From Carpediemonas membranifera BICM (taxonomy: Eukaryota > Protista > Fornicata), in the NCBI GenBank assembly GCA_019828565.1, contig JAHDYR010000053.1, positions 532,214 to 596,213 on the forward strand: a DNA stretch of 64,000 nucleotides, read 5' to 3'. How positions within the stretch are numbered: the first letter of the stretch is position 1; every line of letters begins with the position of its first letter. Shown here in pieces: positions 44,191-54,699 of the stretch. Made by a program: the position numbers and the translations under genes. The notes beneath the pieces are model-generated. The model worked only from the letters and a program-made list of their open reading frames with translations. It was not told where the DNA came from and searched no databases.

Positions 44191-47100
44191 TTACTGCCTG
44201 GAGTGCGCAGCACGGTGTAGTTCTCTCTGCTCAAGAAAGTCCTCAAACTTGTCACAGCCATCGACATTCTCGAATGGCTCCCACGAAGCTTCGTCCGGCT
44301 CATAGCCCAGCCACTCAACCAAGTATTCGCGATTCTCGACCGGACCGGAGTCGGGCCGGGACTTCACAATCTTGCTCGGTATATACTCGGCCGCAACAGT
44401 GTTAGCCAAGCGAGTAACTTGCTCCACGGACATGTCGCCGTGATCGAACGGGAGGACCCGGGAAGCGTCGACCCTGAACTGCTTCAGAGATTCAAGGTCA
44501 CGCACAGTATAGGCAACAACCTTGTTGTACTCCTGGTGCACCGACACTAGTGCCATTGGGCCACGCAGGCCGGCGGCGAATTTGTCGGGTGGTCTGTCGG
44601 GGTAAGCCACCAGGACGTACGGAGTCGAAACCGTGGCACGGGCGTCCGGCCTGTACTGCTGTAGGAGCCGCTTGCTCTTAATGCGCTCGGCAGCCATGAG
44701 CCGGTACGCCTTGGCCTCGGACAGCCAGTCCTCTTGCTGGTCAACGATATACGTCTCACCCGGCGCGATAACGGTAATGTCCTTTGGCACTCGCATCTCG
44801 GTGCCATACAGGATCTCGGCTGGGGAGAGTCGAGTAGGGACTCGAGGGGTCGAGTTAACAAGGTATTGGGCAATCGGTAAGCTGTGGACCCAATCATTGG
44901 ATCTAAACTGGTAACGACGTGCTGTCAGGATGGACTTAACCGACACATTCGCTCGCTCTACTAACCCATTCGACTGGGGATGATGAGCCGTCGTCTTTCT
45001 CGTTGTAAACCCGAGTCGGGCACTCAGGTCGTTAAAGACTGCGTTGACGAACTGGGATCCTCCATCCGTCTGCAGTACCTTCGGTACGCCGTATCGGAGG
45101 ACCCAGTTATTGACAAACGCCCTGGACGTCTCGACCGCTCGGGTAGTCTGGAGCGGGACAAGCTCAGTCCAACGTGAGCACATGTCTATTACAACGAGGA
45201 TATACTTATAGGTCGTGCCGTCGACCGTGCACGAGGTAGCGGACATAGTGTCCATGGCCACTCGGTCGAAGGGGTGCTCGACCGCGGTGTGCAAACCCGC
45301 ATCGGAAGAGGCCGGGGGCTTACGCCTTAACTGGCATATTGGGCACTTGGCGATATAGTCGTCCACGTCCTTCTGGCGGACACGTACGCCCCAGTCTCGA
45401 AGAAGGTTCTTGGTCGCCCAGGCGGACAAGTGAGCCCCGGCGAAGTGATGCGCCTTCTGCAGCCTGTCCGCGACTTGGGTATCGAGGGTGTTAGCGAACA
45501 CGCGAGAAAGGCCATCTGCTGCCCCGTTGTCAACACCCGGAACGTGACGTATGGTGAAATCGAGGTCAGCTAGTTGGTCGTACCATCTACGGACCTTGGG
45601 GTTGATGGACTTGGCCATGAACAGCAGGTTGCGGTGATCAGTACGGATGGTAAAGTGCGTCCACGAGAGGAATTTCCGCCAACGCTGGACGGCCAGGATG
45701 ATTGCGTAGGCTTCCTGCTCTGTGGTACTCCACCTAGTCTGGACCGCGGAGAATGCGTGGGACATGAAAGCGATCGGCTGCCCGTCCTGTAGTAATACGG
45801 CGCCGCATCCCACGTCTGAGGCATCGGTCATGAGGACATGTGTCGCGTCCGTCTTGAAGTGAACGAGGGAGACCCGCTTAAGGAGCTCGGCGATAACGTC
45901 GCCCAGGGCCGCTTGCTGACCCGGCCCACCGGGTTCGGCCTTGCCAGCCGACACCTGCAACAGAGGATGAGCTCGGGACGCGAAGTTGGGCACGAAGTCA
46001 CGGAAATAATTGAGGAAACCGACGAGTGCCTGTGCGGACCGCTTGCTGGTCGGTAGTTTCAGCTTCTTAATGTCGTCGATGCGGTCTTCGGCAATCCTCA
46101 CGGTGTCTCCGGACACGAGTCGACCCAGGAACTCGACCTCAGCCGCGGCGAAGACGCACTTATCGCGACCTAGGTGTAGGTCATACTCTTGGCAACGTTT
46201 CAGGACGTCCCATAGGTTCCTTATGTAGGAAGGCTCGTCCCGACCCATGACAATAATGTCATCGATGTAAATAAGGCACTTCCCTGCCGAGATCAGGTCG
46301 GAGAAAGCCTGCTCCATGGCCCACTGGAAATGAGAACCAGCGTTACGCAGACCAAAGGGCATAGTCGTGTACTCAAACCGTCCAAGGGGAGTCCCGAAGG
46401 CGGTCAGAGGACGAGAACGGTCCGTCAGTGCCACCTGATGGTAGCCGGCCTTGCAGTCGAGCGTAGCAAAGATGGTATTACCCCTGAGCTTAGCTAGACA
46501 ATCCTCTATGATCGGGATAGGGTAGTTGAACGGGGAGTCTTCGCGTTGACCAAACGGAAGTCGATAACGAACCGGGTACGGTCCTTCCCCTTTGGGACCA
46601 AGAATGCCGGTGAGGAGTAAGCCGATGCTGATGGCTGGATGAAGCCATGTCGGGACAGGTCGTCAAGGTGTTCCTGGAGAAGTGTCTTCTTCTCCGGCGG
46701 CATGAAGAACTCGCGGCTAAAGACGGGTTCATCATCAGACAAGACTAGATCGTAAGGGATGAGCTTACTCGGACGCCCTACTCTGTCCTCGAACAGGCCG
46801 ACAAACCGCGCGAGCAGTCTGTCCTGAAGGGAAGACGACTTGTCAGACAAGGTGAATAGGCTCAACTTCTGGGGAGTAATGACCGTTGAGACGTCTTCAG
46901 CCTGCTCGGCGTCATTGGCGTCAGACTCCTCGCAGTCGTCAATCTGAGGAAGGATCCCCAGGGTGACCATATCAGGGTACCCAATGATTAGATCGTACTC
47001 TGAGGGTAGGAGGTACGCACGAGTAGTAAAGGTGCACCCACGGGGGACCAGAGCTGATTTGGCAAAGGTTACTTCGGTGGAAATAGTCTGGTCGACTGTG

Positions 47101-48230
47101 ATGACTCCAGCCGGTGTCGTCACCTCGACCGGGTCACAATGCAGGATCTTTTCGCCGGACCTCTCGGCCACTTGCGGCGATATGAAGGTTGCTGACGCGC
47201 CACAGTCGAACAACATCGACTCTGCGCTGGTCCTGTATATGGATCCTGACACAATCGGAAGAGCCTGCGCTCTGCGTTTGCTAGACGCCGCGAAACAAGA
47301 CAAATAAGAATAGTTCTGGACCTTTATACGGTCACAGAACTCTCTCTTGTGGCCCTCGCGCCCGCACTTCTCACACTTGGACTTGGGCTTCCGGCACTCG
47401 GGGCTGAAATGGCCCTTGCCCCCGCAGTTGTAACAGGTTGGGGTCGTGCTGGTAGGGCGAGCCCGATCGCGGGACCGCTTGTCCGGGCGGTGATGGTCAT
47501 GCGGGCGGTCACGACGGTCGTAGGGGCGGTCTCGGCGGTCATCTCGGCGGTCACGACGGTCGCGCTGGTTACGGCTCTGGCCGCGTTGCGGATGGGCGCC
47601 TGGCACGGGCGCTGTCGGACGGCGCGACTGATCGGAGCGGATCGCCTCGGTGAACGGAGCAAGGTACTCAGCCGACTCGGCTACGTCGCGTGCCGTCTTC
47701 ATGGTGTATTGCTGGGTCTCCGCCAGTGAGCAACCCTCAGTCTGCTCCTTCAGTCTGTAGTAGAGGGATTGGCCCTTCACAGCAAAGGCCCGCAAGTAGG
47801 CTTCACGAATGGTGTCATCCTCGTCCATGTTAAGGCACTCCAACAAGGTGTTGAACTGCGAGTTGAGCTTCGACACCTCGAGCGGCGTGAACGCCGCGAT
47901 GCGCAGCCTGATAAGGTTCAGGCATTGTTCCTTTCTGGTGGGGCGCAAGGCAGCGGCGAGTCGCTGCATGATGATCTTCTCTCTGAGCTTGCGTGATGAA
48001 GTGGAAGGTTCGTCGTCATGTTGGTCACCCTGAGGAAGCGGAACCTCCTCTAGGGTCTCTAAGCCTAGCACTTGTGATGCATAGGACTGGATCTCCGGGC
48101 TTATAAGCTTGCGGAGCTTCGCCTTACCTCCTCTAGCCTTAAAGTCACGCAGTGACGTCGTAAAAGCTACGAAAGCGCTGAATGTTGCCTCTTTCAGGAG
48201 CGGCGCTTGTTTTTTCTGTTCTCTACCCAT
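44191..48230 (-). CDS. Gag-Pol polyprotein (one 1-bp frameshift at ~46532-46535 inside RT)
   Basis: Two CCHC knuckles (CYNCGGKGHFSPEC, CEKCGREGHKREFC); protease LFDCGA; RT SSPAFLVPK..FVIDFR / YPIPII..GYHQ, MPFGL, YIDD; RNase H TDASDVG, RTDH, ADGLSR; integrase HHCC + DDE; chromodomain EYLVEWLGYEPDEASWEP. Confidence 0.95.
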
Positions 48231-48246
48231 AGGTAAGTACTAGTAC

Positions 48247-48330
48247 TGTGGTTTGGAAGAGAAAGAGTTTACGAGTAAAAAGAGGTTTGGACCCTCCCAG
48301 GGATATTGGTAGATATTAATACTGACTACA
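48247..48330 (-). repeat. 5' LTR (84 bp)
   Basis: Minus strand TGTAGTCAGT...CCAAACCACA, identical to 42297-42380. Confidence 0.97.
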
Positions 48331-48520
48331 ACTGTGTCACATGACCGTACCCTGTCTCCCTGGCACCATGGCGCTACATCACCTCACCTGTCAACTTGGC
48401 TGACGCCACCCACAAGAGACGATTGATTGTTGCGCGGCTCCGCCGACTGTCTTCAGTGAGGAGACCGAGGTTTCTAAAGTAAATAGTGCAGTTTATGCTC
48501 GCAACAAGGTGAAGGACGGG

Positions 48521-49660
48521 ATGGTTGAAACTATAGACATTATTGTCGTTATCGCTACAGTTATTGGCGTGATTGTCGGCATTATTGTTGGGATTGTTAC
48601 CACGATCGGCGTCTATATCGCTTACAAGCAATATAAGCTCAGCAAGAAGCAAGCTCGTGTTCAAGTACACACAGAGGATCCAGAATCGGGTGGGGCGTTG
48701 GATCAAACCAGCTACCAACTGATTTCCGACGACAACGAGACAGACGATGCGAGCGCCAGCTCGATTGTTTCCCCCGACGCCGGTGGAATAGTGGCGACGG
48801 TACATTCATCTGATTGCAGCGGCCATGTCAAGGCCGTCGCCTTCCTGACCAACGACATCATGCTCACTATCACGAATTACGTCAGGCTGTGGGACAAGAG
48901 CGGCCTGTGTATTGGTAAGATGGAACACAGCAACGAGTTTTCCATTGACAATATCGCCGTCTTCAAGGGCACGCCCAATGATAAGTTGATTGCAGCAGGG
49001 AGAGGTTCTGGAGAGATCCTGTTGTGGAAGGCGGATGGCACACTGCTCAGGACCTTCAACGGAAGTAACCAAAATGTGACCGGGCCCGCATTCTCCCAAG
49101 ACGGTACAAAACTGGTGCATGGATCCAGTGACTGGGCAGTCAGGATGTGGAACGTCGCCACCGGCGAGTGCACGACGATGGCAGGGCACAGCGATACAGT
49201 CATCTCCGTCGCTATCTCCCCCGACGGCAAGACCATCGTCTCTGGGTCATGCGATAATACGATCAAGGTGTGGGACGCTGGGTCGGGCAGACTCGAGCAG
49301 ACTCTGGAGGGGCACGATCGTTGGGTTTCCAGTGTTGCCTTTTCCCCAGACGGCGCTTTGCTGGCCTCTGGGTCGTACGACAACACCATCAAACTCTGGG
49401 ACACCAGGACCTGGGAGTGCGTCGCCGTTCTCACTGATCATCGTGACGAGGTCTTTTGTGTCGCCTTCTCACCGACTGACGGCAGGGTCCTCGCCTCCGG
49501 ATCAAAAGACACGACTGCCAAACTGTGGAATATTGAGCGCCGCGTGTGCTACCATACAATCGATTGTGATAACATGGTGTTCAGCCTCGCCTTCTCCCCG
49601 GACGGGTCGACCCTGCTCCATGGCTGTGAAACGACGGCCAAGCTGTATCGAGTCCCATAA
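48521..49660 (+). CDS. N-terminally TM-anchored WD40-repeat protein (HET-E-like WD repeats)
   Basis: IIVVIATVIGVIVGIIVGIVTTIGVYIAYKQYK, acidic linker, ~7 repeats of GHxxxVxSVAFSPDGxxLASGSxDxTIKLW. Confidence 0.9.
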   Translation: MVETIDIIVVIATVIGVIVGIIVGIVTTIGVYIAYKQYKLSKKQARVQVHTEDPESGGALDQTSYQLISDDNETDDASASSIVSPDAGGIVATVHSSDCSGHVKAVAFLTNDIMLTITNYVRLWDKSGLCIGKMEHSNEFSIDNIAVFKGTPNDKLIAAGRGSGEILLWKADGTLLRTFNGSNQNVTGPAFSQDGTKLVHGSSDWAVRMWNVATGECTTMAGHSDTVISVAISPDGKTIVSGSCDNTIKVWDAGSGRLEQTLEGHDRWVSSVAFSPDGALLASGSYDNTIKLWDTRTWECVAVLTDHRDEVFCVAFSPTDGRVLASGSKDTTAKLWNIERRVCYHTIDCDNMVFSLAFSPDGSTLLHGCETTAKLYRVP

Positions 49661-49820
49661 CCATTGCTGTCTTGACAAGTGGCGGTGGGAAGTGTAGCAT
49701 AAATAGCCTCTCTTTACTGCCCTGGCTGCGAGAAGGATGGTCAATATTGTCGTCTTCCACCAGCATTTCCACCCATATCTGGAACTAAGGAACTAATTTT
49801 ATAACTAGCTATTGATATAT

Positions 49821-52514
49821 CTACCTCTCGTTGGCAGGCAGCAGCATCGTCCTGTCCCCATCGTCGATCCAAGTCACAGTCTCAAACCAACTTTGTGCAG
49901 TCTTAGACGTCCTTGTCGACGACGTCTGGTTCTTGCTGTGGCTCGGATCGTTCACACAAGGCGGGACCAGCGCGGTCCAGAGCGAGGCCGAGTCGGTCGG
50001 CTTCGGGACTGGAATCGGCTTCGTCCTTTTCGACTTTGACTTTGACTTCGACTTGGACCGACTTGTGGCTGTCTTGCTGTGGCTCGAGGGTGACCCGAGC
50101 GGAAGGAGGTGACTCGACTCTGACTCTGACTTCTGGTAGCTCTCCGGGAGTTGAAGAGTCGGGACGGGTAGAGACGTCTCGACAGGGGATCGTTGGACAA
50201 GCCGGGTGTGGGAAACCACGCCGAGCACGATGGAGGCACTCAGCACGATGATGCCGCAGCAACAGGCGCGGCCGGCAACATAGGCGGTGACGGCGATGAT
50301 GGCAGCGGTACAATACCAGCAGCCCGAGACGGGCAGGGTCGTGTTGAAGAAAGGTTGGCCCTGGATGAGGGCGGCCAACTCTGTTGGCTTGGAAGATGTG
50401 CCAGTGCAAGCTTCACCGTCATTGACATAAACTGCACTGACTTTGCCATCAAGAGCGAACGAGAGGCCGAGGGAGTCAATAATAGGTATGCTGAGCTTCA
50501 TACACACCATGTCGGTCCCTGTGCCGCCAACCACATGCCCCCTGATACTACCGTTGTTCTTTGTGCTCTTGACAAATCTGAACTTCGGCTCGAGCGCCGC
50601 CATGTTCTTGACGGTCGCAGTGACAGACGCCCAGCATCCAGTGAAATCGCCTTCATGTTTGGCGACTTGGGCGTTGATTGTAGCCCCAGTTGAGTCAATT
50701 CCCGGATAATAAATTTCATACGGGCATGCCAACCCAGGCGAGTAAAGCTTGAGCATCCCGTCGTTATACTCAACCGAGGTCTTACCAAACTTCAGCGTGA
50801 CCGGCACCTCCATCAAGAAGTGAGGATTATTCTGCTGGTTGATCAAGTTCACGTGCACTACAAAGTGGCCAGAAGGGAAGGAATTCCACTCGGCTCGGGC
50901 CCGTGGGAAGATGTAGAGGATGTCCTTGTTGACATCCATGCCCAGTGCCATGTCGATAGGCTCGCCGTCGAAAATGATGGCGAAAGCATGGTCATCGGGT
51001 ATACGTTTTTCAACAAGGCTGTATGTAACAGCAATGGGCAGTTCATACAGCACCACCTGGGGCGTGATCCAGTCATGACAGGTCGTCTGCCGGCCATAAG
51101 CCAGCGACCCTTCCAGCCCAGTACAAGCCTTGCAGCTAGCCTGGCCGACTTCCGGCTGGTACGCTCCAGTGTTGCAGTCCTGGCAGACAATGGCACCAGT
51201 ATCACTGGAGAATGACCCGGCGGGACATGGGGCGCATGAGTACAGGGTGTCTAGGAACGTACCTGGGATGCACCGGTCGGCAGTCATCGCGTAAACAGAC
51301 CCGGCCCCGTTGTCCTCGAGCACGGCAGAGGCGAAGAGCGCGTTGGGTGTTGCCAGCACAGTCTGGCCTAGCCCTGCTTTATGGCCGAGAGTCGGTGAGA
51401 AATACTGGGCGTCGCCCTCGACTTCGAGCGTGGTGTGATTGAAGGTGAAGAGGAGGAAGCCGCCAGAACCGAAGTCGCGGCCGGGAAGACCGACCATGAG
51501 CATAGAGGTGTCGTGGCAGTAGGATACAGCCTCGCCAAAGTGGTCTGCGTGGCCTGTATACGGCGGTGGGGGGGTCACGGTGAGGGCGAAGTCCCAGTAT
51601 GGCGCGATGGCCGTGTCTTCGGGCGTGTACGTCGCTTTGTAGACATAAACTGCACCGCAAGCTTTCGAGGAGGTGTCGACGACGGTTTGGCCGACAAACA
51701 TGAGGTCGGCGTGAATATCGACTGAGATGCCGAACAAGAGACCGCCGGGAGGGGAGATAACTTGAGTTTGGTGATATATATCAGCCTCGGTTTCCTTATT
51801 ATACACGTAAACACGGCCTTCGTTGATTGAGATGCTAGTGACTATGAGCTGATCCACAGTCGGATGTAGGGCAAGCCTGTATCCAAAGTCGTCTCTCACA
51901 TGCTCATTGGCCGTGATGAGCTGGCGCTGGATCCAGGTGAGGCCGTCACCGCCAAGGGTATGGATAGTAACTGCACCAAACCCGACAGAGTCAGCGGAAG
52001 AGTTTGCTGGGTGGAAGCCGAGGGCAGAGGCGGCAAGGGTGGTGTTCCTGAGTGCTACGTGAAAGCCGTAGTCTGTTGCCTCGTCCTTCTGGCGTGAGAT
52101 CTGCAGGATTTGGCTCTGTGCAAATTCGTACGGCAGCCGCTGGAAAATGAACACTGCCCCGCCGCCGGTGAAGCGAGGAGCACCTACGGCCAGCCAGTCC
52201 TGATTGAGAGACACCGAGCGGCCGAAGCGTGAGGTCTCCGTGCCTGGGACTGGATGGAGTATTTCTGGTGAGCGCCAAGAGCTCTGAACGGCTTGAAAGA
52301 CTGCAACCGCATTATTGTCTCTCGTCAGGCCGAAGTTGCCAGAAGCCCCAATGACGAGTGTACTGTTGAATGTGGCTATGGAATCGCCAAATAGGTCACC
52401 GGAGCGGCCCATTGAATCAGAAAGCTTCTGGAAGCGCAAATAGAGTGGATCGCAGTGGACTAGAATGATAAGAAGTAGCACTACAGTTAGTTGCAGTGGA
52501 TGCATGAGCACCAT
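49821..52514 (-). CDS. Cell-surface protein: signal peptide, FG-GAP-like propeller, Cys-rich ephrin-receptor-like repeats, TM
   Basis: Repeated FGxSV...LAVGAP...GAVF motifs; CAPCPAGSFS..CQDCNTGAYQPEVGQASCKAC; hydrophobic segments; start placed at MVLMHPLQ. Confidence 0.8.
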   Translation of the reverse strand: MVLMHPLQLTVVLLLIILVHCDPLYLRFQKLSDSMGRSGDLFGDSIATFNSTLVIGASGNFGLTRDNNAVAVFQAVQSSWRSPEILHPVPGTETSRFGRSVSLNQDWLAVGAPRFTGGGAVFIFQRLPYEFAQSQILQISRQKDEATDYGFHVALRNTTLAASALGFHPANSSADSVGFGAVTIHTLGGDGLTWIQRQLITANEHVRDDFGYRLALHPTVDQLIVTSISINEGRVYVYNKETEADIYHQTQVISPPGGLLFGISVDIHADLMFVGQTVVDTSSKACGAVYVYKATYTPEDTAIAPYWDFALTVTPPPPYTGHADHFGEAVSYCHDTSMLMVGLPGRDFGSGGFLLFTFNHTTLEVEGDAQYFSPTLGHKAGLGQTVLATPNALFASAVLEDNGAGSVYAMTADRCIPGTFLDTLYSCAPCPAGSFSSDTGAIVCQDCNTGAYQPEVGQASCKACTGLEGSLAYGRQTTCHDWITPQVVLYELPIAVTYSLVEKRIPDDHAFAIIFDGEPIDMALGMDVNKDILYIFPRARAEWNSFPSGHFVVHVNLINQQNNPHFLMEVPVTLKFGKTSVEYNDGMLKLYSPGLACPYEIYYPGIDSTGATINAQVAKHEGDFTGCWASVTATVKNMAALEPKFRFVKSTKNNGSIRGHVVGGTGTDMVCMKLSIPIIDSLGLSFALDGKVSAVYVNDGEACTGTSSKPTELAALIQGQPFFNTTLPVSGCWYCTAAIIAVTAYVAGRACCCGIIVLSASIVLGVVSHTRLVQRSPVETSLPVPTLQLPESYQKSESESSHLLPLGSPSSHSKTATSRSKSKSKSKSKRTKPIPVPKPTDSASLWTALVPPCVNDPSHSKNQTSSTRTSKTAQSWFETVTWIDDGDRTMLLPANER

Positions 52515-52928
52515 TGTTGCAGAATTGGTGTTGTGGTGGAGAAAGCCGCACGGGCGGGTGGGGATGCCGATCAAATGTGCAAATGATTGGTGGGAAGGCG
52601 GGGGTGAAACACCGTGCATGCCAGGCCATAGAGTCATGCCACGTGATCCTTGTGTGCTATTCGCTGAAGTCCACTCGGAAAACTTCAAACATGGAATGTT
52701 CAGGCACCCGAGAAATGGCCAGTGATGCATCCGTATCTCGTTCTTATGTCTCTCCTTGATCGTCTTCAACTTCACGGCGCTCATGAGCTAGTCGAGCTAC
52801 GATCCTTACGGGCCAAGCCCTGAGTTACCTCCTCACCCCCTCTCCCATAACAACCGGCCTGTCTCGGCAGCCACCAGTAGCAATCGCCACAGTCAGCGCT
52901 GCCTGGTTTACATCCGTACATACGGCTG

Positions 52929-53825
52929 TTAAAACACCATATCATAGAGCATACTCGTGGACCAGGACCCGACCTCGACCTCCACCATGCCGTACAACGT
53001 AACGACCGTAAAGAAGCCAGTCGTCCTTCCAGCAGCACAGCTAATGACCAAATCGTCCTTATGCCACGCTGGGAGACTTGCTTCGTGTCTGCCCACCGTC
53101 GTCCCTGCCAGGTTGACTCTCACTGGACTTTGTCGGTCAAGCAGGTTCCACACCCACAACCCCTTGGCTGTTACAGCTAAGAAGCACTCCATCGGCCTAG
53201 TGTACGCGCGGCTTTTCATTGTGCAGAGGATTGGGCGCTTGATCAAGGGGACTCGGGTCCTTGTGAAGACGCCACCTGAGTTATCGTCGGAGATGAACAG
53301 CCGGCCATTGCTTATGATGTGTTGGTAGTCGCCTGTAAGGCTGAGATAAAAGTCGTAACCCGCGCCTTCTGCTGTGTATTTGTCCGCCACATTCGAGGCG
53401 TCCAGAGTGCTCTTGCAGATGAACCAGGTGTCGCATTTGCCACGTATGCGTCTTTGGAGTGTCCAGTCATCCTCATGTGTACTTGGGGAGACCCCTCCTT
53501 GGAGGAAGATCGCCCAGAGCATGCCGGGGGAGAGGCTAAGTATGGAAGGGACAGCAATGGAAGGAAATGGGCTTCTGGAACGTGGGAACGTGGTTACTTG
53601 GGAGGTACTAGTTCGGCTATTGTGCTCTTGATAGCTTAGACGTAGTGGTGGCAGTTTCGTGAGCATTGCGAGCTGGGATTCATGAGAAATGGTGCCATCT
53701 GGCAGCAAACTGGTCGTGGTTCTTTCATCGGCGTTTATCTCATTGCAGATGTCAGTTTCTTCTCCAATACTTGTCATTCTTTCGTGCTTCATGAGTGACA
53801 TGCTGATTGTTTCCACTCTGGTCAC
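52929..53825 (-). CDS. Hypothetical protein (possible degenerate RCC1-like fragment)
   Basis: 298-aa ORF with a non-ATG first codon; FLAVTAKGLWVW resembles RCC1-like blades. Confidence 0.4.
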   Translation of the reverse strand: MTRVETISMSLMKHERMTSIGEETDICNEINADERTTTSLLPDGTISHESQLAMLTKLPPLRLSYQEHNSRTSTSQVTTFPRSRSPFPSIAVPSILSLSPGMLWAIFLQGGVSPSTHEDDWTLQRRIRGKCDTWFICKSTLDASNVADKYTAEGAGYDFYLSLTGDYQHIISNGRLFISDDNSGGVFTRTRVPLIKRPILCTMKSRAYTRPMECFLAVTAKGLWVWNLLDRQSPVRVNLAGTTVGRHEASLPAWHKDDLVISCAAGRTTGFFTVVTLYGMVEVEVGSWSTSMLYDMVF

Positions 53826-53900
53826 AATATCATGACTGACTGCCCCGTAGTAATGACAATGCCCCCAGTCGGAAATGCTGTCCTCGCTCTTTCATGAGCC

Positions 53901-54509
53901 CTAGTTCGCTCTTTTATTTTCCAGCAATGACGCTTCAGGGTTAGCCCTTCTCGTTCCAGCTTCATTCCATAGATCCACCAAGGATGATGATGGAATCAAG
54001 CCGGGACTGGAAGTTTGGCGATTGCTTGTATCTGCCACTGGACCTTGGAATGTGTCTGTGCTACCCTCGTCCTGATGGAAGGTCGGGACTATCATTGAGA
54101 TTGGATCATGCTCCCATGATTTCTGACGTGCTCGACGCATTTGAGTCAAAACTGGGGCTTGAGTCTGCGTCTGTCGCTGTGTCCACGTGGCTATGTGTGT
54201 CTGGTGTTGTGGTTGGTTGGTCGACACGCTCCTGGGTATTAATTCCAGCAAGCGGTTGGCCAGCCTCGTTACTTCGTCGTTCTTCTCGCGGCACTCCTCA
54301 TTGATCATATACGTTCTCCGAGCCTTCTGGTCGAACATTGTCAGCTGGGACCGATTCCCGAGTACCTCAACCAGTGCCTCTGCATCCGTCCGAGACACGT
54401 TTGGCAGCCCATCAGCTATCCACCCGAGCAATAGCGTCCGCTCATCCTCTAGAACCTCGTACAACGCGTCCAGAAAGGTCTTGTTCTCCTTCGCATTTTC
54501 AAGGAACAT
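53901..54509 (-). CDS. Hypothetical protein
   Basis: 202-aa ATG ORF; may be the continuation of the 54700-55464 ORF. Confidence 0.4.
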   Translation of the reverse strand: MFLENAKENKTFLDALYEVLEDERTLLLGWIADGLPNVSRTDAEALVEVLGNRSQLTMFDQKARRTYMINEECREKNDEVTRLANRLLELIPRSVSTNQPQHQTHIATWTQRQTQTQAPVLTQMRRARQKSWEHDPISMIVPTFHQDEGSTDTFQGPVADTSNRQTSSPGLIPSSSLVDLWNEAGTRRANPEASLLENKRAN

Positions 54510-54699
54510 GACTCCGGACCAACGCCGGAGAAACTTACTGCTGCCCAGCGAGTTGTTGTAGTCAGGCGACGATAGGATGCGGACACGATATTCATCGTCA
54601 TATCGAACTCGGGAGAGGAAGGAGAAGTGGTACCAGACCGGGATGAGGGGCGGTAGACTAGCTTGACTACTTGCCCTGGCCCAGCGTCAAAGGCCTTCT

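Larger units (their letters stand above)
42297..48330 (-). mobile_element. Full-length Ty3/Gypsy (chromovirus-type) LTR retrotransposon, 6,034 bp
   Basis: Identical 84-bp TG..CA LTRs; ACTG TSD at 42293-42296 and 48331-48334; PPT; gag-PR-RT-RH-IN-chromodomain order. Confidence 0.97.

Noticed and set aside
46490-46560. Programmed gag-pol ribosomal frameshift
   Set aside because: The shift lies inside RT, downstream of the protease, with no canonical slippery heptamer
48231-48240. AGGTAAGTAC resembles a perfect 5' splice site (its complement resembles the U1 5' end)
   Set aside because: No matching plus-strand exon or U1 body; probably coincidental with the palindrome
52515-52784. N-terminal 90-aa extension of ORF 49821-52784
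   Set aside because: The signal peptide starts at ATG 52514; the upstream in-frame sequence is probably untranslated
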